Shown piece after piece: positions 10,778 to 19,781 of a stretch of DNA of 64,000 nucleotides. Every line of letters starts with the position of its first letter. Position 1 is the stretch's first letter. The notes under the pieces were generated by a model that was not told the origin of the DNA, searched no databases, and saw only the letters and a program-made list of their open reading frames with translations. This stretch comes from Nitrospinales bacterium. GTDB taxonomy: Bacteria; Nitrospinota; Nitrospinia; Nitrospinales; VA-1. The translations under genes and the position numbers were made by a program. The stretch lies in the NCBI GenBank assembly GCA_965223795.1, contig CBDCXL010000002.1, positions 32,001-96,000 of the forward strand, read 5' to 3'.

Positions 10778-11116
10778 TCAATCCTTCTTTGAAGAAGCGC
10801 GTGTGCTGAGTAAGGCGGCCCTCAGGATGGACATTTTGAGGTCTATATGGGCAGAGTCGTAAAAAAATATTTCATATCCCGGTTATTTAAAAATCCAGCA
10901 ATGTACTTTCAATTCTTCACTGTAACTATGCTCATGAATGTAGCCTTTCTGTTCCATTGTGTCGATCACCGATCCGGCAAAACTCCAGTCGAGCTCGAGA
11001 CCGTTCTCGATTTCTGCCTCCGGTAAGCAAAGCACCTCACGCGCAACGGTTTTCATGAGTTTATCTTTGTCCCACGACACTTCTTCCCAATCGTCCTGCC
11101 ACGTACTTTCATTCAT
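10778..11116 (-). pseudogene. Small protein (phage ABA-sandwich-like) interrupted by an in-frame TAA at 10883-10885
   Basis: The 77-aa ORF continues in frame after the TAA as PGYEIFFYDSAHIDLKMSILRAALLSTRASSKKD*. Confidence 0.55.
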
Positions 11117-11295
11117 CTTTTAAACACCTTCGCCTGCACCTGTTCCAGGGCGTGCGAGCAGACCTGGGCGGTCTGCTCCCAGTTCGCGATCTTTTTGCTC
11201 AGCCCTCCGGGAATGACCTGCTGGTCGCACAGCAGAAAGCCGATGAACAGACACCACACGCACAGCACCATCATCAAGGTCCAGTGAATCTTCAT
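11113..11295 (-). CDS. Small hypothetical membrane or secreted protein
   Basis: GGAG RBS, hydrophobic N-terminus, ATGA overlap with the next gene. Confidence 0.6.
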   Translation of the reverse strand: MKIHWTLMMVLCVWCLFIGFLLCDQQVIPGGLSKKIANWEQTAQVCSHALEQVQAKVFKR

Positions 11296-11430
11296 AGTAA
11301 AAAAGAACTCCTCCGGGAATTGCGGTATTTCAGAAAGGGGTTTTTCCGGGCCAGCAGCTAAGTTCTCATATTGACGGAAAAAGGAAAGGGCAAATTGAAC
11401 CGGCGGGCCGGAACGCGCATTCAGCGGCGC

Positions 11431-12396
11431 TCACTCGGTGTTCTCCACCCACTTGACGATGGCGTAGTCGAGCCAGCGCCGGTCGCCGAGCGCGGTGGGG
11501 CTGCCGGAGATGTATCCCATGTGGCCGCCGCCTTCGGGGGCGTTGAAGGTGAGGGTGAAATTTTTCAGCACCGGCTCGAACACGCGCGGCGGGATGAATG
11601 GATCGTTCTGGGCGCAGAGGATGGTGGTGGGAACGTGGATGGATTCCAGGAACTGGTTGGCGCTGCACTTGCCGTAGTATTCCTCGACGTCGCGGAACCC
11701 GGCGGCGGGGGCGGTGTAGACGATATCGAAATCGCGGATGGTGCGGTAGTCGGACTTCGGGTGGACCGCTTCGGGAAAGCACTCCTGCATGGCCTGGGCC
11801 TGACTACGCAGGAGCTTGACATAGTAGCTGTTGAAGGCGCCGTTGTTGCTGGAAAGAATCTCGCTGCTGACTTTGAGGTCGATGGGGGGGTTGACGGCGT
11901 AGGCGCCGTGTATATTGGTGGGAATCTTGCGGCCCTCGCCGAGGTATTTTAAGAGAATATTGCCGCTCAGGGAAAAGCCCACCAGCAGCATCTGCCTTTT
12001 GGGATACAGTTCCAGCGCATGCTGGATCAGCTTGTCGAAATCGGCGCTGGAACCGCCGTGCCAGAGGCTGTCGCTGAGCCCCATGCCGGGGCCGCTGCCG
12101 CGGTGGTTCATCATGAGGACGCCGCAGCCGCGGTCCCACAACCGGCGCGCGATGCGGCGCATGTAGCCAGACTCGGAACAGCCGCCCATGCCGTGCGCCA
12201 TGATGACCAGCGGCTTGTGCGGGTCCTGCCCTTCCAGCTCGAGGGCCAGGACGACGGCGTGCTTGCCCACCGGGATCTTGTGGGTCTTGCGCTGCGGCAG
12301 CTCGATCTTTCCGGGCGCTTTCGCGCCCGCCACGGTCTGCATCCAGCCGCCGCGGATCAGCCAGTGCTCCTGAAACGGCTCCAGGGTGTCTTCCAT
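11431..12396 (-). CDS. YheT-family alpha/beta hydrolase
   Basis: GGWMQT, HGMGG.S, nucleophile GFSLSG, NDPFI, GGGHMGY. Confidence 0.9.
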   Translation of the reverse strand: MEDTLEPFQEHWLIRGGWMQTVAGAKAPGKIELPQRKTHKIPVGKHAVVLALELEGQDPHKPLVIMAHGMGGCSESGYMRRIARRLWDRGCGVLMMNHRGSGPGMGLSDSLWHGGSSADFDKLIQHALELYPKRQMLLVGFSLSGNILLKYLGEGRKIPTNIHGAYAVNPPIDLKVSSEILSSNNGAFNSYYVKLLRSQAQAMQECFPEAVHPKSDYRTIRDFDIVYTAPAAGFRDVEEYYGKCSANQFLESIHVPTTILCAQNDPFIPPRVFEPVLKNFTLTFNAPEGGGHMGYISGSPTALGDRRWLDYAIVKWVENTE

Positions 12397-12414
12397 CCTC
12401 CGCTGTCTCCTCCT

Positions 12415-12445
12415 GAGGGAATAATCCCCACCACTTCCGTATCTT
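12415..12445 (+). promoter_or_regulatory. Candidate ECF sigma promoter GAGGGAATAA-N13-CGTATCTT
   Basis: Same bipartite motif at 45741-45770 (minus strand); points toward the gene at 12600. Confidence 0.55.
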
Positions 12446-12532
12446 ATCAGATATCCGGACGACCGGCATCCCCCCATCGAACTAGATGAACCGGAGCGGA
12501 AAACGGGGCCGGAAAACGGCGCGCCGCATCGG

Positions 12533-12561
12533 TTGACAGGCCGCCGGGGGACTGCTAGATT
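12533..12561 (+). promoter_or_regulatory. Sigma70-type promoter
   Basis: TTGACA-N17-TAGATT with TGn extension. Confidence 0.6.
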
Positions 12562-12599
12562 GTTGTTTCCTCTAGAATTCTGCGAACGATTTCACACTT

Positions 12600-13973
12600 A
12601 TGGAAGCTGACTGTTCCCGCAATACCCGGCGCTTCACCCATGTGTTTCTGCCGCTGCTCGTTGCCGTCTTACTGCTACTGCCGGTTCCATCCCAGGGGGC
12701 GGAGGATGCGGAGGCGCTTTATAAAACCGGCGTGCGCCTGAGCCTGGCCAAGCGCTGGGACGAAGCGGCGGCGGCGTTCCGGTCGGCCGTTGAGGCGGAC
12801 CCGGAACACGCGCTGTCTTACGCGAACCTGGGCGTCGCGCTCAGCCGGATGAACCGGCACAAGCAGGCGCTTCTGGCCTTCGAGGCGGCGCTGCAGAAGG
12901 GCTACGACGACCCGCACCTGCGCTACAACCGGGGCATCTCGTTTGCGAAAGTCGATCTGCTGGAAGAAGCGGAAGCGGAGATGCAGAAGGCGCTCAAGCT
13001 CAACCCGCGCATGGTCAAGGCGGACTACGACCTGGGCGTGATCTACCTTTTGCAGGAGAGGTTCGACGCGGCGCGCAGTCAGGTGGACGTGCTGTACCCG
13101 CGCAACGAAAAGCTGGCGCGCAAGCTGTTCGAGAAAATTCCGCCGCAGTACAAGGTGGTCAGCGTGAACGACGGCGGCACGGTGACGGGACGCGTGACGA
13201 TGCAGGGCGGTCAGCCGCGGCCGCGCTACTTTCATCTGGTGCACGCGCCGAACATCGAATTCTGCACGCGCATGTCCGACGGCATGGGCCACCGGCTGCT
13301 GTTCGACTTCACGGTGTCGGAAAGCGGCGGGCTCAAGGACACGGTGATCGCCATCCAGGGCGTGGCCAGGGGCAAGCCGTTTCCCTCGAAGATGCCGTCC
13401 ATCCACATATCCCGCTGCCACGCGGACCCGTACGTGATCGGCATCCGCAACGGGCAGAACGTGATGATCGAAAACACCGACCCGATCCGCCACGAGATCG
13501 CCACCTACGAGAAAACCAAAGAAGGTTACATCCGGCAGAAAAGCAACAAGCCGGTGGACAAGGAAACCAGCCATGTGCGCAACGCCTTCATCGAGAAAGA
13601 TTCGGACGAGTTTCTCATCAAGTGCAACCTGCATCCATTTTTACAGACGCGCGGCTTTCTGGTGGACAACCCCTACTTCGCCATTTCCGATGCGGAAGGC
13701 AACTTCACACTGACCGACGTGCCGCCGGGAACCTACGACGTGGTGGCGTGGCATCCCTTCATCCCGGTGCAGACAGGCACCGTCAAGGTGACGGCGGGCG
13801 GTGAGGCGACGCTGGATTTCACGTTCAACCGCGAGGACGAGCGCCGCAAGCTCTACCACGACGACCTCAAGGGCTACCGCTTCAACACCTGGTTCGACAG
13901 CAAGGAAAAATTCTACGGCGGCCCGCGCATCGACGACCCGGTGGAAGTGCTGCAGGTGTACAACGGGGAGTGA
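12600..13973 (+). CDS. Secreted TPR protein fused to a cupredoxin-like and carboxypeptidase-regulatory-like module
   Basis: Signal peptide, about 4 TPRs, then GGTVTG..., RHEI, CNLHPFL, NPYFA..., VPPGTY.V.AWHP. Confidence 0.8.
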   Translation: MEADCSRNTRRFTHVFLPLLVAVLLLLPVPSQGAEDAEALYKTGVRLSLAKRWDEAAAAFRSAVEADPEHALSYANLGVALSRMNRHKQALLAFEAALQKGYDDPHLRYNRGISFAKVDLLEEAEAEMQKALKLNPRMVKADYDLGVIYLLQERFDAARSQVDVLYPRNEKLARKLFEKIPPQYKVVSVNDGGTVTGRVTMQGGQPRPRYFHLVHAPNIEFCTRMSDGMGHRLLFDFTVSESGGLKDTVIAIQGVARGKPFPSKMPSIHISRCHADPYVIGIRNGQNVMIENTDPIRHEIATYEKTKEGYIRQKSNKPVDKETSHVRNAFIEKDSDEFLIKCNLHPFLQTRGFLVDNPYFAISDAEGNFTLTDVPPGTYDVVAWHPFIPVQTGTVKVTAGGEATLDFTFNREDERRKLYHDDLKGYRFNTWFDSKEKFYGGPRIDDPVEVLQVYNGE

Positions 13974-14157
13974 GAAGGTTCAGGGCGACGACGGCGAAGT
14001 GTACACAAGCCCCATCGAGTTCCACCACGAAGACGAATCCCCTCCGGCGAAGCGGACCCGCCGCAAAAAAAATCGTTCTGAAAAAAACTGTTCGGCAAAG
14101 ACTAGCGGACTGTGCCGCGCGGCCGCAACGCTTTCTCTTTCTATAACCAATCCTTGC

Positions 14158-15162
14158 CTAAACGGTCAGGAGCATCCCTCCCCAGCTCACACCGGCTGAA
14201 ACCCCGAGCAGAAGCACTTTATCGCCCGGTTTGACGGGATAGCGTTCCCGAAGTTCATGAAAGGCCGTGGGCAGGGAAACGGCGACCTGATTTCCATGTT
14301 CACTGAAAATATTGATGAACTGCTCAGGAAGCGCACCGATTTTCTTGCGGATGTATTTCAATCCCTGGTGGCTGGGCTGATGGGGCACCACCCAGTCGAT
14401 GTCCTGCATGGTCAAGCCGGTCCCGTTCAGGAGCCGCTGGATGAAACCGGGCAGGATTTCGATGGCGAACCGGTACAGCTCCTTACCATTCATTTCAAAT
14501 AAACAATATCTTTCATAATCGCCTCTGACTTTTCTCGGATGGAATTTGGTTCCCGCACCGAGGATTCGACAAAGGTCCGCCCCTTCGCTGTGGGTTTCAA
14601 AACGGGATGCGATCACGCCGGCCCGTTCCCCTTCCGACGCCGGTCCCACAATCACTGCGGCCGCACCGTCGGCAAAAATGGGACTGGTGTCGGGACAGTT
14701 GAAATCGATGCCGATCGAAGCCACTTCGCTGGAACAAATCACAATGTTCCGGTAATGAGACGCTTTGATGTAAAAGGAGGCCAAATCCAGGGCCTTCAGG
14801 AAACTCATGCAGGTCATGTTGACGTCAAACGCCTCGATCGGCCGCTGCGGTTTCAGTTTGGCGTGGACATTGGCCGCATTATAGGGAATGGCCTGCTCCA
14901 TCGTCCCTGAGGCGGCAATGAGGCAATCCACGTCATCCAAAGTCAAACCGCTTTGACCCAGGGCATTGTGGATCGCTCGAACCGCCATGTCCGAAGCGCA
15001 TTCCTTATCGACATAATGGCGTTTTGAGATTCCATAGCGTTTCTCGGTAAATCCGGGTTTGCGCCCCTTTTCGCGATCCAAATCCTCGGAATAAATGGTT
15101 TTACCCGGAAGGTATTTTCCAGTACCCATGATTTTTATGGAACGGTCTCTATTTGCCTCCAT
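14158..15162 (-). CDS. 3-oxoacyl-ACP synthase III (FabH-like) family protein
   Basis: GTGKYLP, catalytic NMTCMSF, FADGAAA, VPHQ, HGN (Cys-His-Asn triad). Confidence 0.88.
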   Translation of the reverse strand: MEANRDRSIKIMGTGKYLPGKTIYSEDLDREKGRKPGFTEKRYGISKRHYVDKECASDMAVRAIHNALGQSGLTLDDVDCLIAASGTMEQAIPYNAANVHAKLKPQRPIEAFDVNMTCMSFLKALDLASFYIKASHYRNIVICSSEVASIGIDFNCPDTSPIFADGAAAVIVGPASEGERAGVIASRFETHSEGADLCRILGAGTKFHPRKVRGDYERYCLFEMNGKELYRFAIEILPGFIQRLLNGTGLTMQDIDWVVPHQPSHQGLKYIRKKIGALPEQFINIFSEHGNQVAVSLPTAFHELRERYPVKPGDKVLLLGVSAGVSWGGMLLTV

Positions 15163-15357
15163 TTTTTTGTCCCCGTTTGGTTGGTTTGTATTTTACAAAA
15201 TTGGAATTCGTGCTTTTCCAAACAGATGGATTTCAAGTACCGTACCAAGTGGGGGCAGGAAGGAAAAAAACGTCGATGAGGTCAGAACTGCTTTGATTGA
15301 TTGAACTACACGTTGTTTCTTTACGAAACACATAAACTTATAGAACCATTTTTTTCA

Positions 15358-15416
15358 TGCATGGATGAAAACGAACTTCACCTCCATGCATGGAGGATGC
15401 ATGGATTGTGCATGGA
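15358..15416. repeat. Four TGCATGGA direct repeats, probable operator
   Basis: Copies at 15358, 15387, 15398 and 15409; palindrome CCTCCATGCATGGAGG at 15381-15396. Confidence 0.7.
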
Positions 15417-15549
15417 GAACACGAACTCAAATCCGATTTCAGTGAGCCCCGCTGTTTCTAAAATATTGATCGGGAAAAATCTTTTTGGATTGAGTTCTTC
15501 AGAATGGAATGACAGCCGGAAACGTTGCGGCCGCATGCCCCCTTCCCTT

Positions 15550-15837
15550 CTAAGAATCCGAATCGGGCCAGCGGCGCGCGGTGTGGATCACGGCGACGAT
15601 GTGGATTTCTTCTCCTGCAATGAGATACACCACAATGTAGGGCGATCCGGCAAGAACCAGCTCGCGCGTTCCGGTTACGCGGCCAGGCTTGCCCATGTGG
15701 GGTTGCTGTTTGAGCTTGAGCGCGGCTTCCTCAATGTGGGATACCATGCGGGACGCGGCGGCGGGATCGTCCCCGGCGATGTAGGCGTGCAGATGGCGCA
15801 GGTCCTGGAGCGCGTGGTGCGTCCAGCGCAGGATCAT
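15550..15837 (-). CDS. Type II toxin, RelE/ParE family
   Basis: WT..ALQDL..L..YIA.DDP.AA, P.MGKPGRV.GTRELV, PYIVVY, VIHTAR.WP. Confidence 0.92.
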   Translation of the reverse strand: MILRWTHHALQDLRHLHAYIAGDDPAAASRMVSHIEEAALKLKQQPHMGKPGRVTGTRELVLAGSPYIVVYLIAGEEIHIVAVIHTARRWPDSDS

Positions 15838-16082
15838 GCGGGTTTTCTGTGCTCATCAAAAAAACGTTTCACGTCAGCGTCGGAAGCGAATTCGCCTTTT
15901 CGGGCAGCGTTCACGCCTTTCTGGATATGCGCCAATTGCCACTCGTGCAGCTCGATGTAATTATCGAGCGCGTCGTTGATGACGGTACTCAGATTGGTGC
16001 CGAAGGCTTCGGCGATGCTATCCAGCTTTTCGCGTTTGCCTTTTGGAGCCACAAAGGAGATTCTTGAGGACGGTTTGGGCAT
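15834..16082 (-). CDS. Type II antitoxin, CopG/ribbon-helix-helix family
   Basis: RHH N-terminus, WQLAHIQKGV.AA.KGEF; ATGA overlap with the toxin. Confidence 0.88.
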   Translation of the reverse strand: MPKPSSRISFVAPKGKREKLDSIAEAFGTNLSTVINDALDNYIELHEWQLAHIQKGVNAARKGEFASDADVKRFFDEHRKPA

Positions 16083-16109
16083 CGGGAACGTCTCCTAGAC
16101 AGAAATAAG

Positions 16110-16129
16110 ATGCTATCATATTCTAGCAT
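16110..16129 (-). promoter_or_regulatory. Toxin-antitoxin operator overlapping the -10 element
   Basis: Inverted repeat ATGCTA-N8-TAGCAT containing TGCTAGAAT on the minus strand. Confidence 0.55.
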
Positions 16130-16219
16130 ATCCAGTCGTAAGAGCAATAAGCCTATTAATTTCAATGCTATTTTAAATGAGAGAACGCGGACAATCCGAA
16201 TTGATCAAGACGTGTGCCC

Positions 16220-17047
16220 TCACCCCCCATGCTGGACGATGAGGGTGCCGAGTTTTTCCGCCTGGCGGATCTTCGAGGCGGCGCGGGCGGCGCTTTTGCG
16301 TGTCTGGTAGCGGCCGATGTAGACGCGGTGGCGGATGCCGCTGCCGCCGCTCAGCTCGGATTGTTGCGTGAAGGCGGGATAGCCTTTTTTCATCAGCTTT
16401 TCTTTGAGGGCCTGGGCGTAGCTCGATTCCTTGAACGAACTCACCTGCACGGTGAATTTTTCCAGGACCTCGGGGAGGATGGTCACCGGCGGCGCGGGTG
16501 TTTCTGCCTGGACCGGTTGGGCTTGCGCAACGTGGATCTTCTTTTCCGTGGGCGCAGCAGGTGTTTCAACTTTGGCCGGTTTGGCCTGTGCGACGCGGAC
16601 GGTTTCCTCAGCCGGTTTGGGCGCCGGTGCGGGGGCTTTTTTCACGACAACCGGCGCGGCCGCGCGCACGGGTTTCTGCGGCTGCCGCCGGGGGGTCCGT
16701 TTCACTCTTTGCAGTCTGCGCTTTTCGGGACGCTGTGGCGCGACGATGTGCTTGGGACCCACTTCGCCGTTCAGGCCGACGATCCGGTCCATGTCGGGAT
16801 CGTTCAGCACCTGAAAGAAGGTGAACTCGTCCTCGGAGAAGGGATTGCGCTCGGGCTTGTGGGCGGTGCGCAGGATCTTGGGCTTCACCGAGATCATCTT
16901 TTTGTGGATCTGCGGGTGGATCCGCTCGATCATGCGGCCCGCGCCGCCGCTTGCGACGAAATAGATTCCGGCTCCCGCCAGCACCAGCACCGTGAGCACG
17001 GCGGCCTTTCTGCCTTTGCGCTCCTGTTTTTTCTGAAATCGAACCAA
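16220..17047 (-). CDS. SPOR-domain cell-division protein (FtsN/DedD-like)
   Basis: Single TM, Pro/Ala linker, FTVQVSSF...HRVYIGRY; downstream of argS. Confidence 0.85.
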   Translation of the reverse strand: MVRFQKKQERKGRKAAVLTVLVLAGAGIYFVASGGAGRMIERIHPQIHKKMISVKPKILRTAHKPERNPFSEDEFTFFQVLNDPDMDRIVGLNGEVGPKHIVAPQRPEKRRLQRVKRTPRRQPQKPVRAAAPVVVKKAPAPAPKPAEETVRVAQAKPAKVETPAAPTEKKIHVAQAQPVQAETPAPPVTILPEVLEKFTVQVSSFKESSYAQALKEKLMKKGYPAFTQQSELSGGSGIRHRVYIGRYQTRKSAARAASKIRQAEKLGTLIVQHGG

Positions 17048-17087
17048 ACCCCCTCCTCCGTGTGAAACCCGCTGTTCCGCTGCCTGG

Positions 17088-18752
17088 TTACATTTTCTCC
17101 GGCGCGTCGATGCCCATGAGGGCGAGGCCGTTGCGTATGGTGATGCGCAGACTGCGCATCAGAAACAGCCGCGCCTGGGTCCGGGGAATGTCCTCGGTGA
17201 CGACGCGGTGCTTGTTGTAATAGCTGTGAAACCCCGCCACCAGATCGTGCAGGTAGTGGGCGATGCGATGCACTTCAAGGCTTTCGGCGCTCTTTTCCAC
17301 GACCTCGGTGAACGCAAGGATGTTCTTGATGAGCTGCCACTCCTCGTCCTCGACCAGCAGCGACAGGTCCACCTCGCTTCCCTTCTTCTCCGGCACACCC
17401 TGGCTTTGCGCGGTGACGAAGATATTGCAGATGCGGGCGTGCGCGTACTGGATGTAGAACACCGGGTTTTCCGGCGTCTCCTGCTTGGCCAGTTCGAGGT
17501 CGAAATCGAGATGCGTGTCCGAACTGCGCATGAGAAAGATGAAGCGCGCCGCGTCGACGCCGACCTCATCGACCACTTCTTTCAGGGTGACGAATTCGCC
17601 GGAACGGGTGGACATGGACACTTTTTCATCGCCGCGCTTGAGCGTGACGAACTGCACCAGAATGGCGTGGAACACCTTGCGGTCGTAGCCCAGCGCCTGC
17701 ATCACCGCCTGCATGCGCGGCACGTAGCCGTGGTGGTCGGCGCCGAACAGGTCGATGAGCTGGCCGAAGCCGCGTTCGATCTTGTTCTGGTGGTAGGCGA
17801 TGTCCGAGCAGAAGTAGGTGCGCTCGCCGTTCTGCTTGACGATGACGCGGTCCTTGTCGTCCTTGAAGGCGGAGGATTTGAGCCACACGGCGCCGTCCTT
17901 GTCGTAGACGTAGCCTTTGCCGCGCAGCCAGTCGAGCGCGCGGTCCACGGAATCGTCGTCGTACAGGGTCTGCTCGCTGAACCAGCGGTCGAACTCGACA
18001 CGGAATTCCTTAAGATCCTGCTTGATTCCGGCGAGCACCCAGTCGGCGGCGTACTTGCGGAAAAACGGCAGCACGGTTTCCTCGTCCTGGCCGAGAAATT
18101 CCTTGCCCTTTTCTTCGATGACGGCCTGCGCGATGTCCTTGATGTAGTCGCCCTTGTAGTGGTCGTCCGGAAACTCGATGGGCTCGCCCAGAAGTTCCCG
18201 GTAGCGCAGCCAGGTGGAGCGGCCCAGGATGTTCATCTGGTTGCCGACGTCGTTGATGTAGTACTCGGTGTGGATGCCGTAGCCGGCTTTTTTGAGGATC
18301 TTGCTCAGTGCGTTGCCCACCGCGGCGCCGCGGCCGTGGCCCACGTGCAGGGGGCCGGTGGGGTTGGCGCTGACGTATTCGATCAGCACTTTTTTGCCGA
18401 GGCCGATGTCCGAGCGGCCGAAGTCCGCGTCCATCGCTTCCACCTGAAGCAGGCGCTTGAGGAAAAACGCGCGCGACATGGTGAGGTTGATGAAGCCCGG
18501 TCCGGCGGTCTCCACGCGCTCGACCTGGCCGCCGCCGTTTTTCAGGTAGCGGCTCAGCACCTCGGCGATGGCGCGCGGGTTTTTGCGCTCGGGCTTGGCG
18601 AGCACCATGGCGAGGTTGGTGGAAAAATCACCCAGTTTCGGGTCCTTGGGTTTTTCCACCACGATCTGCGGCTCGTCTGAGCCTGAGAGTTCGCCCACGT
18701 CACGGGCCTTGGCCCAGGCGTCGCGGACCATCTGTTTGACTGCGTGTTTCAT
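17088..18752 (-). CDS. argS: Arginine--tRNA ligase
   Basis: EYVSANPTGPLHVGHGRG, GADHHGY, MSTRSG, YIQYAHAR. Confidence 0.98.
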   Translation of the reverse strand: MKHAVKQMVRDAWAKARDVGELSGSDEPQIVVEKPKDPKLGDFSTNLAMVLAKPERKNPRAIAEVLSRYLKNGGGQVERVETAGPGFINLTMSRAFFLKRLLQVEAMDADFGRSDIGLGKKVLIEYVSANPTGPLHVGHGRGAAVGNALSKILKKAGYGIHTEYYINDVGNQMNILGRSTWLRYRELLGEPIEFPDDHYKGDYIKDIAQAVIEEKGKEFLGQDEETVLPFFRKYAADWVLAGIKQDLKEFRVEFDRWFSEQTLYDDDSVDRALDWLRGKGYVYDKDGAVWLKSSAFKDDKDRVIVKQNGERTYFCSDIAYHQNKIERGFGQLIDLFGADHHGYVPRMQAVMQALGYDRKVFHAILVQFVTLKRGDEKVSMSTRSGEFVTLKEVVDEVGVDAARFIFLMRSSDTHLDFDLELAKQETPENPVFYIQYAHARICNIFVTAQSQGVPEKKGSEVDLSLLVEDEEWQLIKNILAFTEVVEKSAESLEVHRIAHYLHDLVAGFHSYYNKHRVVTEDIPRTQARLFLMRSLRITIRNGLALMGIDAPEKM

Positions 18753-18898
18753 GAATGTACGAGAGGACCTTTGCTAATAATGCGGTGTGTCTTTATTCAA
18801 ACCACGTGCCGCCTTCAGGCCGAACGGGACCCCGGCAATCCGCAAACGGATTGCAGGATGCCCGCGCGCCCGTGATCGTGCGGGTTCGCGTCGGCTGT

Positions 18899-19213
18899 CT
18901 ATTTATCGCGGGCCCGGACGGCTTCGATCTTTTCTTCGCGTTCGGCTTCCAGAGCCTGCTTTTCCTCAAAAAATTGCTTTTTGAGTTCTTCTGCCACGAT
19001 TTCCAGTTCTTCCGGCGGGGTGCGGTCCGACAACTTGTTCAGCTTGTCCTGGAGAGTGACTTCCCGGTCCGCGATCTTGGCTTTGAACTCGTTGCGGATC
19101 TCCTGGATCTCTTTTTTCTGAGCATCTGAAAGCTTTTTGTTTTTCTTGAGTTCCGGAACCAGCTCGTTGGATTTTTCCATGCTGAGTTCCCAGGCGCTTT
19201 TCAGACCGGACAT
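18899..19213 (-). CDS. Hypothetical coiled-coil protein
   Basis: AGGAGG RBS, LKSAWEL N-terminus, charged helical composition. Confidence 0.75.
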   Translation of the reverse strand: MSGLKSAWELSMEKSNELVPELKKNKKLSDAQKKEIQEIRNEFKAKIADREVTLQDKLNKLSDRTPPEELEIVAEELKKQFFEEKQALEAEREEKIEAVRARDK

Positions 19214-19454
19214 GCGTTCCCTCCTAAGTTACTCAAAAATTGAGTGTTATGATTATAAACCCAAAACGGCCGCGGACTCAATCGGAATTATTGCCCCAAG
19301 TGACTGATTTTTTTACCACTATTTGCGTAACGCGTGTGCGCGCGGGGCTTCCGGCCGTTTTGGGAGTTGGCCCAATGGTAGCATTTTTTTATGGATTTCG
19401 GCAGGCATTTCGCGGCCGGGACCGGCCGCGTCGGCGTGGGATTCTCTTACGGCG

Positions 19455-19757
19455 TCACTGAGCGTAGGCCGCGCAGTTGCCGCCCTCCCAGCGGGTGCCG
19501 ACGATGGTCCGGGATGCGGCGTCGACCTCCACCCAGGTGGTGCATTTGAGCAGGGCCAGGTCGGGATTGCGGCGAAAATACACGTAGACGGTGTTGCCGT
19601 TGGCGATGGTGTCTTTTTTCAGCGGCGGACCGTTCTGCTTGAGGAACGCCTCAATGGATTGACCGTGCCAGTTTTTCAGCATGGCGTCGTAATGCGCGGA
19701 CGTGGCGCAGCCGGTGAGGGCAAAACCGGCGATCAGGGTAATGAGGAAGGCACGCAT
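19455..19757 (-). CDS. Small lipoprotein
   Basis: Lipobox LTGC, GGAGG RBS. Confidence 0.8.
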   Translation of the reverse strand: MRAFLITLIAGFALTGCATSAHYDAMLKNWHGQSIEAFLKQNGPPLKKDTIANGNTVYVYFRRNPDLALLKCTTWVEVDAASRTIVGTRWEGGNCAAYAQ

Positions 19758-19781
19758 CTCTCACCTCCAGGAAAACGGGAG

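Noticed and set aside
10871..10882. TTCATATCCCGG also found inside the motif at 45749-45760
   Set aside because: Matches only the spacer of the motif and lies in pseudogene coding sequence; probably chance
15358..15416. CRISPR array
   Set aside because: Repeats are 8 bp with 3-bp spacers and no cas genes are present
15301..15960. 219-aa plus-strand ORF
   Set aside because: Antisense to the toxin-antitoxin pair and crosses an AT-rich spacer
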